Below, piece by piece: positions 63,111 to 64,000 of a stretch of DNA of 64,000 nucleotides. The stretch comes from Nannocystis bainbridge. Its GTDB lineage: Bacteria; Myxococcota_A; Polyangia; Nannocystales; Nannocystaceae. The notes beneath the pieces were generated by a model that was given only the letters and a program-made list of their open reading frames with translations, had not been told where the DNA came from and searched no databases. The stretch lies in the NCBI RefSeq assembly GCF_028368995.1, contig NZ_JAQNDL010000001.1, positions 3,264,001-3,328,000 of the forward strand. Direction: 5' to 3'. Position 1 is the first letter of the stretch. Each line of letters opens with the position of its first letter. Position numbers and translations under genes: made by a program.

Positions 63111-64000
63111 GGCCTGCGCCTCCGACCTGCCCGTCGGCCAGCGGGTCGCCGGCCCGCGCATCCTCGCCCTGCGCAGCGAGGTCGTCACCCCGCTGTTCCC
63201 TGACGACGAGCCCGCCGACGCGGGCGCCCGCTGCGAGGCCCTGCCGTTCGAGAAGGTGCGCGTCACCCCCTTCATGGTCGAGCCGACCGGCGTCCTCGAC
63301 ATCGCCGGCCCGGACTTCGACCCGATCTGGATCGCCTGCCAGCTCGGTCCGGCCCAGGGTCTGTTCGCCTGCCTGCGCGCCGCCGTCCCGCTCGACCTCG
63401 ACGACCTCGAGGAGTGCCCCGTCCCCAGCTTCGCCGACCTCGACCCGAACGCCACCGAGCTGCCGCAGTACCCGAGCCCGTGTCGCCTCCCCGACGACGG
63501 CGGCGCCCCCGGCAGCATCGAGTTCGTCGCCCCGTTCGCCGCCAACCTCCTGCTCGGCGGCGACCTCGAGCTGACCATGATCAGCCGCGCCCCTGGATCG
63601 CCGAGCACCCGCGAGTGCGCCGTGGCCATGCTGAGCAAGGCCGCGGACCTGCCGAACGCGTGCATCTACGCCGTCACCCGCGTCTCGGTCGGCCCGATCG
63701 AGAAGCTGCTCGCGTTCGCCGGCATGTTCGGCTTCGACCTCCCGCCCGAGCTCGGCGAGGTCCCTGACCCGAAGGACATCCCCGACGGCGACCGCAACCC
63801 GCGGATCGCCAGCTTCCGCGTCACCGTCCTCGACCCCGACACCGACGAGGCCACCGATCTCGGCGAGCTCCCGCGCGGCGCCACCGTCCCGATAAGGCGC
63901 GGCCAGACCATCCAGGTCGACACCGAGACCCCGGCCCACGACCTCCAGACCTATACTGTCCCGATCAACGCCGGCGTCGGCGGCACCGGCAGCGAGATCC
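63025..64000 (+). CDS. Lipoprotein, hypothetical; truncated at the window end
   Basis: Missing from the ORF track because it has no stop. Reads MSLRTCPSGASARARLPFILALGTCLFGLAC-ASDLP..PRILALRSE..NPRI.., open to 64000. Confidence 0.75.
   Translation, partial: MSLRTCPSGASARARLPFILALGTCLFGLACASDLPVGQRVAGPRILALRSEVVTPLFPDDEPADAGARCEALPFEKVRVTPFMVEPTGVLDIAGPDFDPIWIACQLGPAQGLFACLRAAVPLDLDDLEECPVPSFADLDPNATELPQYPSPCRLPDDGGAPGSIEFVAPFAANLLLGGDLELTMISRAPGSPSTRECAVAMLSKAADLPNACIYAVTRVSVGPIEKLLAFAGMFGFDLPPELGEVPDPKDIPDGDRNPRIASFRVTVLDPDTDEATDLGELPRGATVPIRRGQTIQVDTETPAHDLQTYTVPINAGVGGTGSEI

Overview
High-GC (about 70%, estimated by eye) chromosomal DNA from a myxobacterium. The Thr-rich and Cys-rich lipoproteins, Hanks-type kinases and AgmX-type domains suggest a Nannocystis-like organism, but this is inference. 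About 45 genes are recognisable. They include housekeeping genes (queC, modABC, xth, bamD, truD, an exbB/exbD/tonB-like cluster, tRNA-Ile2(CAT), rnpB, prkA/yeaH/spoVR), signalling genes and many secreted or lipoprotein genes. No CRISPR array, prophage or transposase was found. The strongest unexplained signal is a dispersed 14-bp palindrome, TGTC-N6-GACA. I found at least 30 exact copies by eye against roughly 0.4 expected by chance. It forms arrays with an exact 14-bp period and also sits inside coding sequences, like the binding site of a chromosome-organising protein. Other candidates: an ABC-type ATPase plus PD-(D/E)XK-like nuclease module (possible defence system), widespread leaderless-type promoters, structured intergenic repeats, lipoproteins carrying Kunitz and conotoxin-like knottin domains, and a TIR protein that appears to lack its catalytic Glu.
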